Counted from the stretch's first letter, positions 9,646 through 18,781 are shown. The stretch: 53,945 nt of DNA from an uncultured Gemmatimonadota bacterium (GCA_964550085.1 CAZJXR010000005.1:1-53945); one strand, 5' to 3'. Notes: generated by a model from the letters alone, not told the origin. Translations and numbers: made by a program.

Positions 9646-9765
9646 CCCTCGCCGGGGGAGCGGGTCTCCCCTCCTCACCACGCGCTTTAGGTGAGGAGCC
9701 TCCTCGCTCCGCTGCGGGGTCTCCTCACCGTCGCGCCAAAGGCTCGTCGGAGAGATCCCGCTCCC
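9646..9765. repeat. ~120-bp palindromic dispersed element (REP/MITE-like), copy 1
   Basis: Aligns to 46375-46495 with 19 differences in 121 columns by my manual alignment. Terminal inverted repeat GGGAGCGGG(A)TCTC / GAGATCCCGCTCCC. Internal stem GGTGAGGAG/CTCCTCACC. Confidence 0.85.
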
Positions 9766-9874
9766 TGAAGGAGTAGGCTGTGGTCGTCGCGCGAAGGGCG
9801 CTGGGGCGATGCCGCTCCCCGAAGCGATGGGCTGAGGGGTCCTCAGCGTCGCGCGAACGGTCGCTTCAGGGGGT

Positions 9875-9906
9875 GGGAACGTAAGGCACGGGGAACGTAG
9901 GGCACG
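9875..9906 (+). repeat. 16-bp tandem direct repeat (2 copies, 1 mismatch)
   Basis: GGGAACGTAAGGCACG (9875-9890) followed by GGGAACGTAGGGCACG (9891-9906). Confidence 0.8.
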
Positions 9907-9915
9907 TTTCGTGCT
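9901..9915 (+). promoter_or_regulatory. Possible sigma-54 (-24/-12) promoter for the M23 peptidase gene
   Basis: GGCACG-TTTC-GTGCT has the exact GG-N10-GC spacing, with two mismatches to TGGCACG-N4-TTGCW. Confidence 0.35.
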
Positions 9916-10040
9916 CAAGGCGACGCGCGAGGCTTCGCATCCTGCCCAGTGGCGCGGAAGGGGTTTCGGGCGTCATCATTGGGGAGTCACGTGCGTTTGC
10001 ACGTCGGCGGGACGGGGCAGGGACACGAACGGAACGGATA

Positions 10041-11408
10041 TTGAGCGAAACCGGACGGGATCCGAACGAGGCCGTGAGCCGAGTCGTCGCGGAGAGGCGG
10101 AACAAGCCGGATCGGTCGAAAGGCTACGGGTGGTCAGGCGCGGTTGCCGTCGTCGCCGTGATACTCCTCGCCGGCCTCCCCCCTCGGTTGACCGACCCTC
10201 GGGTCGAAGAGATTCCGACTGTGTTTGTTCCCACCCCGCCTCCCCTTTCCGCGACCGTGGACACGCTTCGCAGCGGCGAGACGCTGGCCGAATTGCTGTC
10301 GCGCGCCGGATTCGACCCGACCGAAATCCACCGCCTCGTTAGCGACCTTCGCCTGCACATCAGCCCGCGCCGCCTTCGGCCGGGCGTGATAGTCGGCGTG
10401 TACTCGCGGCCCGGCGTCGCGCCGCACCGCGTGTCGATCCAACCCGACCGGGATCACGTTCTCCACCTTCTGGCCGCCGGAGATAGCTGGGAGGCGGCGA
10501 TCGACTCCGTGCCGATCGTTGTGGACACGGTGCTGATCGGGGGAGTCATCGCGACGAGCCTGTACGAGGCAAGGCTGACCGGGGACGTGGACCGGCTGGC
10601 CCCCCGCGAGGACGTCGAGATCGTGTGGGAGCTCACGCGCCTGTTCGCGTGGCAGATCGACTTTCATCGCGATCTGCGGACCGGCGACGGCTTCCGGGTC
10701 GCTATTCGTCGCGAGGTGCGGCCGGACGGGAGCGTTCGGTCGGGTGCCCAGGTGCTGGCGGCCGAGTTCGTGAATCAAGAGCGCACGTTCAGCGCCGTCC
10801 GCTTCGTCGCGGATGGTGACCGGGCGGCGTACTACGACCGGGACGGGGAGTCGTTGCAGCGAATGTTCCTGCGTGCGCCACTGGAATTCGCCCGGGTCAC
10901 GAGCCGCTTCAACCCACGTCGCTTTCATCCGGTGCTGAAGCGCAGAAAGGCCCATCTGGGGACGGACTACCACGCGCCGACGGGTACCCCTGTGCTGGCG
11001 GTCGGCAACGGAACGGTCACCCGCGCGGGCACCTGGGGTGGTTACGGACGCATGGTCGAGATTCGTCATACCGGCACCTACACGACCCGTTACGCCCACT
11101 TGAGTCGGCTCGGTACGGCCATCCGGACGGGCACTCGCGTGCGCCAGGGCCAGGTGATCGGGTATTCGGGCGCCACGGGCCTGGTCAACGCGCCGCACCT
11201 CCATTACGAGTTCATGAAGAACGGGCGGGCGACCGATCCGCGGCTACTGCAGCTCCCGCCCGGCCGGGCAGTGGCTGTGGAGTTGATGCCCGACTTCGAA
11301 CGGCAGCGGGATGCCGTCCTCCCGCTCCTTGATGCGCTGCCCGTGCCGGGTATCTTCGATGAGCCGACTCGAATGGTCGGAGCCGACGCGCCTTCGAGCG
11401 CCGGTTGA
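10041..11408 (+). CDS. M23 family peptidoglycan DD-endopeptidase (MepM/Csd3-like)
   Basis: N-terminal TM, LysM/OapA-like segment (LRSGETLAELL), Csd3-like middle (FAWQIDF), Zn motifs HLGTD and HLH. TTG start is uncertain. Confidence 0.9.
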   Translation: MSETGRDPNEAVSRVVAERRNKPDRSKGYGWSGAVAVVAVILLAGLPPRLTDPRVEEIPTVFVPTPPPLSATVDTLRSGETLAELLSRAGFDPTEIHRLVSDLRLHISPRRLRPGVIVGVYSRPGVAPHRVSIQPDRDHVLHLLAAGDSWEAAIDSVPIVVDTVLIGGVIATSLYEARLTGDVDRLAPREDVEIVWELTRLFAWQIDFHRDLRTGDGFRVAIRREVRPDGSVRSGAQVLAAEFVNQERTFSAVRFVADGDRAAYYDRDGESLQRMFLRAPLEFARVTSRFNPRRFHPVLKRRKAHLGTDYHAPTGTPVLAVGNGTVTRAGTWGGYGRMVEIRHTGTYTTRYAHLSRLGTAIRTGTRVRQGQVIGYSGATGLVNAPHLHYEFMKNGRATDPRLLQLPPGRAVAVELMPDFERQRDAVLPLLDALPVPGIFDEPTRMVGADAPSSAG

Positions 11409-11433
11409 CCTTCGTTTCCTCCGCTGGGTACGG

Positions 11434-11464
11434 ACCCCCGGTCGGCGACGACCGGGGGTTTTTT
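11434..11464 (+). terminator. Rho-independent terminator
   Basis: ACCCCCGGTCG-GCGA-CGACCGGGGGT perfect 11-bp stem with a GNRA loop, followed by a T tract, 25 nt after the M23 stop. Confidence 0.9.
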
Positions 11465-11515
11465 GATTGCCCCGATCGGAGTCGGCTCGCATCCTGACGG
11501 AGACGAGGAGAGAGC

Positions 11516-13447
11516 GTGCCCGTACAACTGTGGCTGTTGGCGGCGGCGGCGGCGGCCGCGTTGATTGCGTTCGCCTGGTACGCCCGGCGGGAGGAACGAG
11601 TGCGAGGACGTGTCGTGGCCGGCATTCTGCGGGCAGCCGCCCTGTTTCTACTCTTCGCAGGCCTCGCGCTTCCGGCCATCAGTCGGGGAGAAGCCGGGGA
11701 AGACGGCCCCACCGTGCTCCTCGACCTGTCGAACAGCATGACTCTCCCGGCGTCACCAACGACGACCCGTCTCGATTCCGCGCGGACCCTGCTGGCCGAG
11801 ATGCGGGGTTCGGTGGTGATCGGTTTCGGGACCGAGGCGAGGATACTGCAGGACGCCGCCATCGACACAGCAACCGCGTCTGGCGGGGCCAGTCGGCTGC
11901 TTCCGGCCCTCGAGGCGGCACGCCGCTTGGGCGCGGACAGCGTCGTGGTACTCACCGATGGGGAGTGGGACGACCGGCGCGCGGCGTCGGAGGCTGCGCA
12001 ACTGTCGGGCATGAACGTGCAGGAAGTTCGCGTAGCCAGGGGCTCGGATCGGCTCGGTCTCGGAGCGCTGAATGCGCCGGCCCGGGTGCGCTCGGGCGAC
12101 TCGGCCCGGATCACGATCGAGCTGTTGTCCGGTGCCGTGACAGGGCGAGACAGCGTGATGCTCGAGCTCCTCGAGGACGGGCGACGGATCGCGGAGGTAC
12201 GGACCGGAGTTCCCGCGGCCGGCCGCAGTGCCCGATTGTCGCTCGGTTTCCTGCCAGCGGCTCCTGGTGGTAACGCGCAGTGGCGGCAGTACGAGGTGCG
12301 GCTCGAGGCGGGTGCGGATCCTCTCGGCGTCGCCGATCGGAAGCGAACCTGGATCGAAGTGACGCGCGAGGCGACCGGTGTCGTCCTGATCGATCTCGAT
12401 CCCGGTTGGGAGTCTCGTTTCCTGATCCCGATTCTGCGTCGGTCCGCGACCGGTGGAGCGGTAGGATATGTGCGTCTGGCGCCGGAGCGCTTCGTCGCGA
12501 TGGGACCGGAGCCGACCGCTGTGCCGGCGAGCACGGTGGCGCGCGATGCGCAGGCCGCCGAGCTGCTGGTGCTGGTCGGAGACGATGGGGAGACCTCCCA
12601 GGCCCTGCGCAGTGCCGCGCGCAACCACCCCCGGGTACTCGCGCTGCCGAGTACCGTCGGGTCGGTGGCGGGAACGCGCGTGGAGTTGGCACGCGCCGCG
12701 CCGGGTGACTGGTACATCGACCAGTCCATCGCGGCAAGTCCGGTGTCGCTGCTGCTCGCCGGCCTCGACGTCGAGCACGTGCCGCCGCTACCGGTCGTGT
12801 TCGAGGTGGAGGGCTCGTACGGTTGGGCGCCGCTGCTCGCGCGCCGCGACCGACAGGGAACCGCGCGACCGGTGATCGTCGGCGGTATCGAGGGAGAACG
12901 ACGGTGGGCAGCTGCGAGCGCCAGAGGCTACTGGCGCTGGGCCTTCCGCGGCGGTGCGGCAGCCCAGCTGCACGAGCGTTTGTTCACCGGTATCGCGGGG
13001 TGGTTGCTCGAGAACCGCGCCGTTCGCGAGGTGCAGCTCGGACGCGACCCCGTCGCCGCCGATGAACCGGTGGAGCTGCTGATCGCCTCGGGGAGCTCCG
13101 GCGTGACGGTCGCCATCAGCGACTCCACGGGAGCGGCGGTGTGGACCGACACGGTGGCGGACGAAGTCTCGGTGCTGGGACCCGCTCTCGATCCCGGTAG
13201 CTATCACCTCGAAGCGGTAGGGAGCCGCGGTGGCCAGGCGTTTCGCGTGCAGCGGCCGTTCGAGGTCCAGCCGGGTGGGCGGGAGCTCGTTCCGCGCGAG
13301 GGGGCGGCTCCGCTCGCCGTGTCGGCCGAGAGACGGTCGAGGACGGATCCTGCGGTGCCGGCTCGCCGACCGCTGTGGCCGTTCGCGGTCGCCGCCCTCC
13401 TGCTGTGTGCCGAGTGGGGCTGGCGGCGAATGATCGGACTGCGGTGA
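11516..13447 (+). CDS. Membrane protein with vWA-like (MIDAS) domain and Ig-like domains
   Basis: Two N-terminal TMs (BatA-like), DLSNS (DxSxS) and LTDG MIDAS motifs, C-terminal TM ending LLCAEWGWRRMIGLR. Confidence 0.7.
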   Translation: MPVQLWLLAAAAAAALIAFAWYARREERVRGRVVAGILRAAALFLLFAGLALPAISRGEAGEDGPTVLLDLSNSMTLPASPTTTRLDSARTLLAEMRGSVVIGFGTEARILQDAAIDTATASGGASRLLPALEAARRLGADSVVVLTDGEWDDRRAASEAAQLSGMNVQEVRVARGSDRLGLGALNAPARVRSGDSARITIELLSGAVTGRDSVMLELLEDGRRIAEVRTGVPAAGRSARLSLGFLPAAPGGNAQWRQYEVRLEAGADPLGVADRKRTWIEVTREATGVVLIDLDPGWESRFLIPILRRSATGGAVGYVRLAPERFVAMGPEPTAVPASTVARDAQAAELLVLVGDDGETSQALRSAARNHPRVLALPSTVGSVAGTRVELARAAPGDWYIDQSIAASPVSLLLAGLDVEHVPPLPVVFEVEGSYGWAPLLARRDRQGTARPVIVGGIEGERRWAAASARGYWRWAFRGGAAAQLHERLFTGIAGWLLENRAVREVQLGRDPVAADEPVELLIASGSSGVTVAISDSTGAAVWTDTVADEVSVLGPALDPGSYHLEAVGSRGGQAFRVQRPFEVQPGGRELVPREGAAPLAVSAERRSRTDPAVPARRPLWPFAVAALLLCAEWGWRRMIGLR

Positions 13448-13454
13448 GGAAAAG

Positions 13455-14387
13455 GTGACCCGCGAGCAACTGAACCTACGGACGGAGCGTCCGAAGCGGT
13501 CGCTGTGGCGACGAATCGTCGATCTCGCGCTCACCGACGTGACCAGCCTGGTCCGCGGGATCGACCAGGATTCGATCGGCGAGCTCGAGCAACTGCTGCT
13601 GGAGGCGGATTTCGGCGTGGACGCCACTTTGTACCTGGTCGATGAGCTGGAGCGCGCGGCGCGCCGCGATGAGGTCAGGACGGAGACCGAACTCCGCGCC
13701 CTGCTGGAGGATCGGATCTGTCATATCCTGGATGTGGTGTCGGGACCTGCCGAACTCTTCACACCTTCCACCGGTCCGGCGGTCTACCTGATCCTCGGTG
13801 TGAACGGAACCGGCAAGACGACCACGGCCGCCAAGATCGGATTTCGGTTCCGGCAGCGGGGAGAATCAGTCACGCTGGCGGCCGCCGACACGTTTCGGGC
13901 CGGGGCACAGGAGCAGCTCCGGCTGTGGGCGGATCGATTGGGGGCCGGGTTCGTCGGCGGCGCAGAGGGCGCGGATCCGGCCGCCGTAGCCTTCGATGCC
14001 GTGCAATCCGCCGTGCATCGCGGCGTGGATCGGCTCCTCATCGATACGGCCGGCCGTCTGCACACCCAGCGCGGCCTGCTCGAGGAGCTTCGCAAGATCG
14101 ACCGCGTCGTTGCTCGGCGTCTCGATGGGGCGCCGCACGAGCGCATTCTGATCGTCGATGCGACTACAGGACAGAACGTGCTCAATCAGGCACGTGAGTT
14201 CGGAGAGGCGCTGGAACTCACCGGCATCATCCTGTCCAAGGTCGACAGCACCGCCCGAGGTGGAACGATGGTCGCCGTCGCGAAGGAGCTCGGGATACCG
14301 GTGCGCTTCATCGGGACGGGTGAAGGACCGGAAGACCTGGAGCCGTTCGATTCACGGGCGCTCGCCGCTCGGGTGTTGGAAGGCTGA
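13455..14387 (+). CDS. ftsY: SRP receptor GTPase FtsY (NG domain only)
   Basis: GVNGTGKTTT, DTFRAGA, DTAGR, DATTGQN, KVDSTARGG, GTGE. Confidence 0.97.
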   Translation: MTREQLNLRTERPKRSLWRRIVDLALTDVTSLVRGIDQDSIGELEQLLLEADFGVDATLYLVDELERAARRDEVRTETELRALLEDRICHILDVVSGPAELFTPSTGPAVYLILGVNGTGKTTTAAKIGFRFRQRGESVTLAAADTFRAGAQEQLRLWADRLGAGFVGGAEGADPAAVAFDAVQSAVHRGVDRLLIDTAGRLHTQRGLLEELRKIDRVVARRLDGAPHERILIVDATTGQNVLNQAREFGEALELTGIILSKVDSTARGGTMVAVAKELGIPVRFIGTGEGPEDLEPFDSRALAARVLEG

Positions 14388-14408
14388 CGGTCCGCCTCGA
14401 GAGAGAGC

Positions 14409-16493
14409 ATGAGCGCGCGTTCCCGGTTGCTGTCGAGCTCCGTCCAGTACCTGAAGGGCGTCGGCCCTCGGCGCGCGGAGAAGCTGGCGCGGCTCGACGT
14501 GCGTACGGGACGCGACCTGCTCTACCACCTGCCGCACCGCTACGAGGATGCGACCTCGGTGACCGGAGCAGCGCGGTTGAAGCCGGGCGACGATGCGACC
14601 GTGATCGGGCGCGTCGTCTCCAAGGGCGTGCTTCCGACCCGAAAGGGACTTCGAATCTTCCACGTGGTGCTGCGCGACGGCACCGGGATGATCGAATGCG
14701 CGTGGCCGGGCCAGCCGTGGCTGGACCGGGTTGTCCAGCGCGGAGACCTGCTCCTGGTGGCCGGTCCGGTTCGGTTCTTTCATGGCCGCCAGTTGCAACC
14801 GCGCGAGTTTACGGTGCTGGCCCGCGGAGATGATGGAGCGTCGAACGGCGAAGCGGGTCGGATCTTCTCCATCTATCCGGCCACCGAGGGTCTGAGCCAC
14901 CGACAGATCCGCTCGTTGGTGGTGGCCAATCTGCCCCGCCTGCTGGAGGAGATCGGACGGCACGAGATTCTCGACGACGCATGGCGTCGAGAGCTCGACC
15001 TGCCCCCGCTGTCGCAGGCATTGGCCACTCTGCACGCACCGCCACAGCTTTCGGCCATCGAACCGGCCCGCCGGCGTCTCGCGTATGAAGAGCTGTTCTT
15101 CGTCCAGCTGCTGCACGCGCGGGCTCGCCACCGCGCGCGCGAGGCTGGGCCAGGATTCGCTTTCACGGCACCATCGAGCCTCGTCGACCCGTTCATCGAC
15201 CGCCTCCCATTCGTGCTCACCCCGGCACAGCAACGTGCGTGGGCCGAGATCCGAGAGGACATGGAGGCTCCGATCCGGATGTACCGGTTGCTGCAGGGAG
15301 ACGTCGGCAGCGGCAAGACGGTGGTCGCCGCCGCGGCCATGCTCAAGGCGGTGGAGAACGGCCAGCAGGCGGCCTTCATGGCTCCGACTGAGCTGCTGGC
15401 CGAGCAGCACTTCCGCACCCTCACGGATCTCACCGGACCGCTCACGATCGAGCCCACCATCCTCACCGGCTCGGTGACCGGTGCGGCGCGGGATCGAGCC
15501 CTGTCGGCGATCGAGTCCGGATCCGCGTCGCTCCTCGTCGGGACGCACGCTCTGATCCAGGAGGGAGTCCGTTTCGCCAGCCTCGGCCTGGTGGTAATCG
15601 ACGAACAGCATCGCTTCGGTGTCGAACAACGGCGACTGTTGCGGGATGCCGGAACGGCCGCGGATGCGCTGGTCATGTCGGCCACGCCGATTCCTCGCTC
15701 CCTGGCGCTTACCCTGTACGGCGACCTCGATCTGTCGGTGATCGACGAGGCGCCTCCGGGACGCGCCCCGGTGGTTACGGCGATTCGCGGCCCCGGGGCG
15801 CGGGAGGGCGCCTTCGACTTCGTGCGGCAGAAGCTGGAGGAGGGGCGCCAGGCGTACGTCGTGTACCCGCTTATCGACGATTCGGAAGTCATCGATGCAC
15901 GTGCCGCGACTGCCGCGCACGCGGAACTGGTCGAGCGCTTCGCCGGCTGGGAGGTGGGCCTCCTTCACGGTCGCCTCGGGGCGGCGGAGAAAGACGCGGT
16001 CATGCGACGCTTCCTTGCCGGAGAGCTCCACCTGCTGGTAACCACCACGGTGATCGAGGTCGGGATCGACGTTTCGAACGCCACCGTAATGCTGATCGAG
16101 CATGCGGAGAGGTTCGGACTCGCGCAGCTGCACCAACTGCGGGGACGGGTGGGCCGCGGCACCGAGCAGAGCTATTGTGTGGCCTTTCATCCGGGGGACG
16201 TACCGCCGGAGCGGCTTCGGGCCTTCGCCTCGACCACGGATGGGTTTCAGATCGCACGTGCCGACCTGCGTCTTCGGGGTCAGGGGAACTTGTTCGGCAT
16301 GGAGCAGCACGGGGTGCCCGCGCTTCGTTTTGCCGACCTCGAGCGGGACGCGGACCTGATCGAGCACGCGCGCCTGCGGGCGGTCCGGATCGTCGCCGAG
16401 GATCCGGAGCTGGAGCTGCTGGCCCACCGTGACATCGGTCGCGTACTACGCGAACGGTACGGGGAGGTCGAGCGACTGTACGAAGTGGGATAG
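14409..16493 (+). CDS. recG: ATP-dependent DNA helicase RecG
   Basis: LKGVGP N-terminus, wedge/OB domain, QGDVGSGKT, DEQHRFG, SATPIPR, QLRGRVGR. Confidence 0.98.
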   Translation: MSARSRLLSSSVQYLKGVGPRRAEKLARLDVRTGRDLLYHLPHRYEDATSVTGAARLKPGDDATVIGRVVSKGVLPTRKGLRIFHVVLRDGTGMIECAWPGQPWLDRVVQRGDLLLVAGPVRFFHGRQLQPREFTVLARGDDGASNGEAGRIFSIYPATEGLSHRQIRSLVVANLPRLLEEIGRHEILDDAWRRELDLPPLSQALATLHAPPQLSAIEPARRRLAYEELFFVQLLHARARHRAREAGPGFAFTAPSSLVDPFIDRLPFVLTPAQQRAWAEIREDMEAPIRMYRLLQGDVGSGKTVVAAAAMLKAVENGQQAAFMAPTELLAEQHFRTLTDLTGPLTIEPTILTGSVTGAARDRALSAIESGSASLLVGTHALIQEGVRFASLGLVVIDEQHRFGVEQRRLLRDAGTAADALVMSATPIPRSLALTLYGDLDLSVIDEAPPGRAPVVTAIRGPGAREGAFDFVRQKLEEGRQAYVVYPLIDDSEVIDARAATAAHAELVERFAGWEVGLLHGRLGAAEKDAVMRRFLAGELHLLVTTTVIEVGIDVSNATVMLIEHAERFGLAQLHQLRGRVGRGTEQSYCVAFHPGDVPPERLRAFASTTDGFQIARADLRLRGQGNLFGMEQHGVPALRFADLERDADLIEHARLRAVRIVAEDPELELLAHRDIGRVLRERYGEVERLYEVG

Positions 16494-16503
16494 GAACGGG
16501 TCA

Positions 16504-17826
16504 ATGACACGGTCAGCGAGTGAGACGAGCACGAGAACGTGTACGGTGCTGGAGCTCCCGGATCACGTCGGACACGTCGTGTCGGTTCGCGGCTGGGTAC
16601 GCCAGTTTCGATCGAGCGGCGGGATTCGCTTTTTAGTGGTCCGCGACGGGACCGGCGACCTCCAGGTAGTGCTAGCCCGCGGCGAGGTCGATGACGACAG
16701 CTGGACGACCAGCGAACAGCTCGGGTACGAGGCGAGTATCCTGGTCGAGGGCCAGATCCGGTCCGACCGGCGCGCACCCGGAGGATACGAAATGACTGCC
16801 AGTCGGTTGACGCTGATCGGCAGCTCGCCCGACTACCCGATCCAACCGAAGGAGCACGGAGTCGACTTTCTGCTCGACCTGCGTCACCTGTGGCTCCGCA
16901 GCCCCCGCCAGACGGCGATCATGCGGGTGCGCGATGAGATCGTGAAGGCGATTCGCGACTTCTTCTACGACCGGGGCTTCGTGCTGGTGGACACCCCGAT
17001 CCTCACCGGTGCGATCGGCGAGTCCGCGGGAACGCTGTTCGAAACCGACTACTTCGATCTGGGTCGGGCATACCTGGCGCAGACCGGACAACTGTACGTG
17101 GAGGCAGCCGCGGCTGCGCTCGGCAAAGTTTACTGTTTCGGTCCGACCTTCCGGGCCGAGAAGTCGAAGACGCGGCGGCATCTGACCGAGTTCTGGATGA
17201 TCGAGCCCGAGGTCGCGTGGCTGGATAGCGACGGCAACATGGAGCTTCAGGAAGACTTCGTATGCTACATCATCGGGCGCGTGCTCGAGCGACAGCGTGT
17301 GCAGCTGGAGCTGCTCGACCGCGATATCGGACGACTGGAAGAGGTCCGGGCACCGTTCGATCGCCTCAGCTACACGGAAGCGGTGGCGTACCTGCAGGAG
17401 CAGGGGAGCGACATCGAATGGGGCCAGGACCTGGGCGGCCGCGACGAGACAACGATCGCCGAAGGGCGCGGCCGCCCCGTGTTCGTCTACGACTATCCGC
17501 GCCAGGCCAAGGCGTTCTATATGAAGGAAAATCCCGAAGACCCCCGGACGGTCAAATGCAACGACCTCATCGCGCCGGACGGGTACGGAGAGATTATCGG
17601 CGGGAGCCAGCGCGAGGACGACTACGAAAAGCTACTGCATCGGATTCGAGAGGAGGGTCTGCCGGAGGATGCCTACCAGTGGTACCTGGATCTGCGGCGT
17701 TACGGGACCTTTCCGCACAGCGGATTCGGTCTGGGCCTCGAGCGCGTGGTGAGCTGGATCTGCGGGCTGGATCACCTGCGGGAGGCGATCGCCTTCCCCC
17801 GCTTGATGACCCGTCTGTACCCGTAA
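16504..17826 (+). CDS. asnS: Asparagine--tRNA ligase
   Basis: OB anticodon domain (RGWV...RDGTG), QTGQLY, FRAEKSKTRRHLTEF motif 2, GGSQRE, GLGLER motif 3. ATG at 16504. Confidence 0.93.
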   Translation: MTRSASETSTRTCTVLELPDHVGHVVSVRGWVRQFRSSGGIRFLVVRDGTGDLQVVLARGEVDDDSWTTSEQLGYEASILVEGQIRSDRRAPGGYEMTASRLTLIGSSPDYPIQPKEHGVDFLLDLRHLWLRSPRQTAIMRVRDEIVKAIRDFFYDRGFVLVDTPILTGAIGESAGTLFETDYFDLGRAYLAQTGQLYVEAAAAALGKVYCFGPTFRAEKSKTRRHLTEFWMIEPEVAWLDSDGNMELQEDFVCYIIGRVLERQRVQLELLDRDIGRLEEVRAPFDRLSYTEAVAYLQEQGSDIEWGQDLGGRDETTIAEGRGRPVFVYDYPRQAKAFYMKENPEDPRTVKCNDLIAPDGYGEIIGGSQREDDYEKLLHRIREEGLPEDAYQWYLDLRRYGTFPHSGFGLGLERVVSWICGLDHLREAIAFPRLMTRLYP

Positions 17827-17902
17827 CAGATCGCTGACAACCCCGGCCGGTCGCCGCGCACCACTGCTTGCGCGGTGCCCTATCGAGCGGAGGTCGTTCT
17901 GC

Positions 17903-18775
17903 CTATCCCAGCATTCGCTTCGCCCGCTCCCACAGGGCATCCAGCTCGGCCAGCGATGAGGATCGCATGTCGCGCCCGTCCTGCTCGGCGAGCTCGACGA
18001 GACGGGCGAAACGGCGCTCGAACTTGGCCGTCGCCGCCGACAGCGCCACGGACGGGTGGGCGCCCACCAGCCGCGCCGCGTTGACGACGGCAAACAGGAG
18101 GTCGCCGACCTCATCCTCGATCACTCGCGCCGCGCCTTCACCCGATTCGGGATCGCCCGCCCCTCGCGGAGGAGGTCGACGCCGGCCCGCGGCGGTTCCC
18201 CTCCATGCATCCCGGAGCTCACCGGCCTCTTCCTCGACCTTGTCGAGAGCGCCGTTCGCGTCCGGCCAGTCAAAATGACACGCTGCGGCTCTCTGCTGGA
18301 TTCGGAGCGCACGGTCGAGGGGCTCCAGCCCGGCGGCCACGCCGCTGAACGCGCCGCCAGGGTCCCGGTGTCGAAGCCGTTCTTCCGCCTTCAGTCGCTC
18401 CCAGTCCGGCGGCTGCTCGGCGTCGCCGTACACGTGGGGATGCCGGGCCCGCATCTTCTGCTCCAGCTTCTCGATCACATCCGTCGCGTCGAAGCTCCCG
18501 CGCTCCTCGGCGATCGCGATCTGGAACGCCAGGTTCAGCAGCAGGTCGCCCAGCTCCTCGAGCAGTGCCGCGTCATCTCCGGAGTCGATCGCCGCGGCCG
18601 TTTCGTACGCTTCCTCGAGAAGGTAAGGTCGCAGACTGCGCGAGGTCTGCCGCGCGTCCCACGGACATCCGGCGCGCAGGTACCGGACTAGGGCCAGGGC
18701 GCGGCCCAGGTCGACATCGGAGCCGCGGCCGCTCTCAAGGTGGCGCGGGGCTGAACTATCGGTGGATTCGGGCAA
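17903..18775 (-). CDS. mazG: Nucleoside triphosphate pyrophosphohydrolase MazG
   Basis: GCPWDARQT, LLEEAYE, EELGDLL, RHPHVY, second domain EVGDLLFAVVN. TTG start preceded by GGAG. Confidence 0.95.
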   Translation of the reverse strand: MPESTDSSAPRHLESGRGSDVDLGRALALVRYLRAGCPWDARQTSRSLRPYLLEEAYETAAAIDSGDDAALLEELGDLLLNLAFQIAIAEERGSFDATDVIEKLEQKMRARHPHVYGDAEQPPDWERLKAEERLRHRDPGGAFSGVAAGLEPLDRALRIQQRAAACHFDWPDANGALDKVEEEAGELRDAWRGTAAGRRRPPPRGAGDPESGEGAARVIEDEVGDLLFAVVNAARLVGAHPSVALSAATAKFERRFARLVELAEQDGRDMRSSSLAELDALWERAKRMLG

Positions 18776-18781
18776 ATTCTG

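Noticed and set aside
9630-9910. Possible CRISPR array in the tandem units after ftsZ
   Set aside because: Units are degenerate and unequal in length, with no identical repeats separated by unique spacers and no cas genes.
9607-9918. 103-aa ORF sharing ETPQxSEEAPxxKRVVRRGDP with the N-terminal extension of ORF 44489-46504
   Set aside because: The similarity is just translation of the DNA repeat. The copies differ by a 1-nt indel, and the substitutions conserve base pairing rather than codons.
11540-11554. (GCG)5 run as a phase-variable repeat
   Set aside because: In-frame triplets encoding poly-Ala in a TM segment; too short and not frameshifting.
17903-18775. mazG as part of a toxin-antitoxin or anti-phage system
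   Set aside because: Two-domain housekeeping-type MazG among core genes, with no mazEF or defence neighbours.
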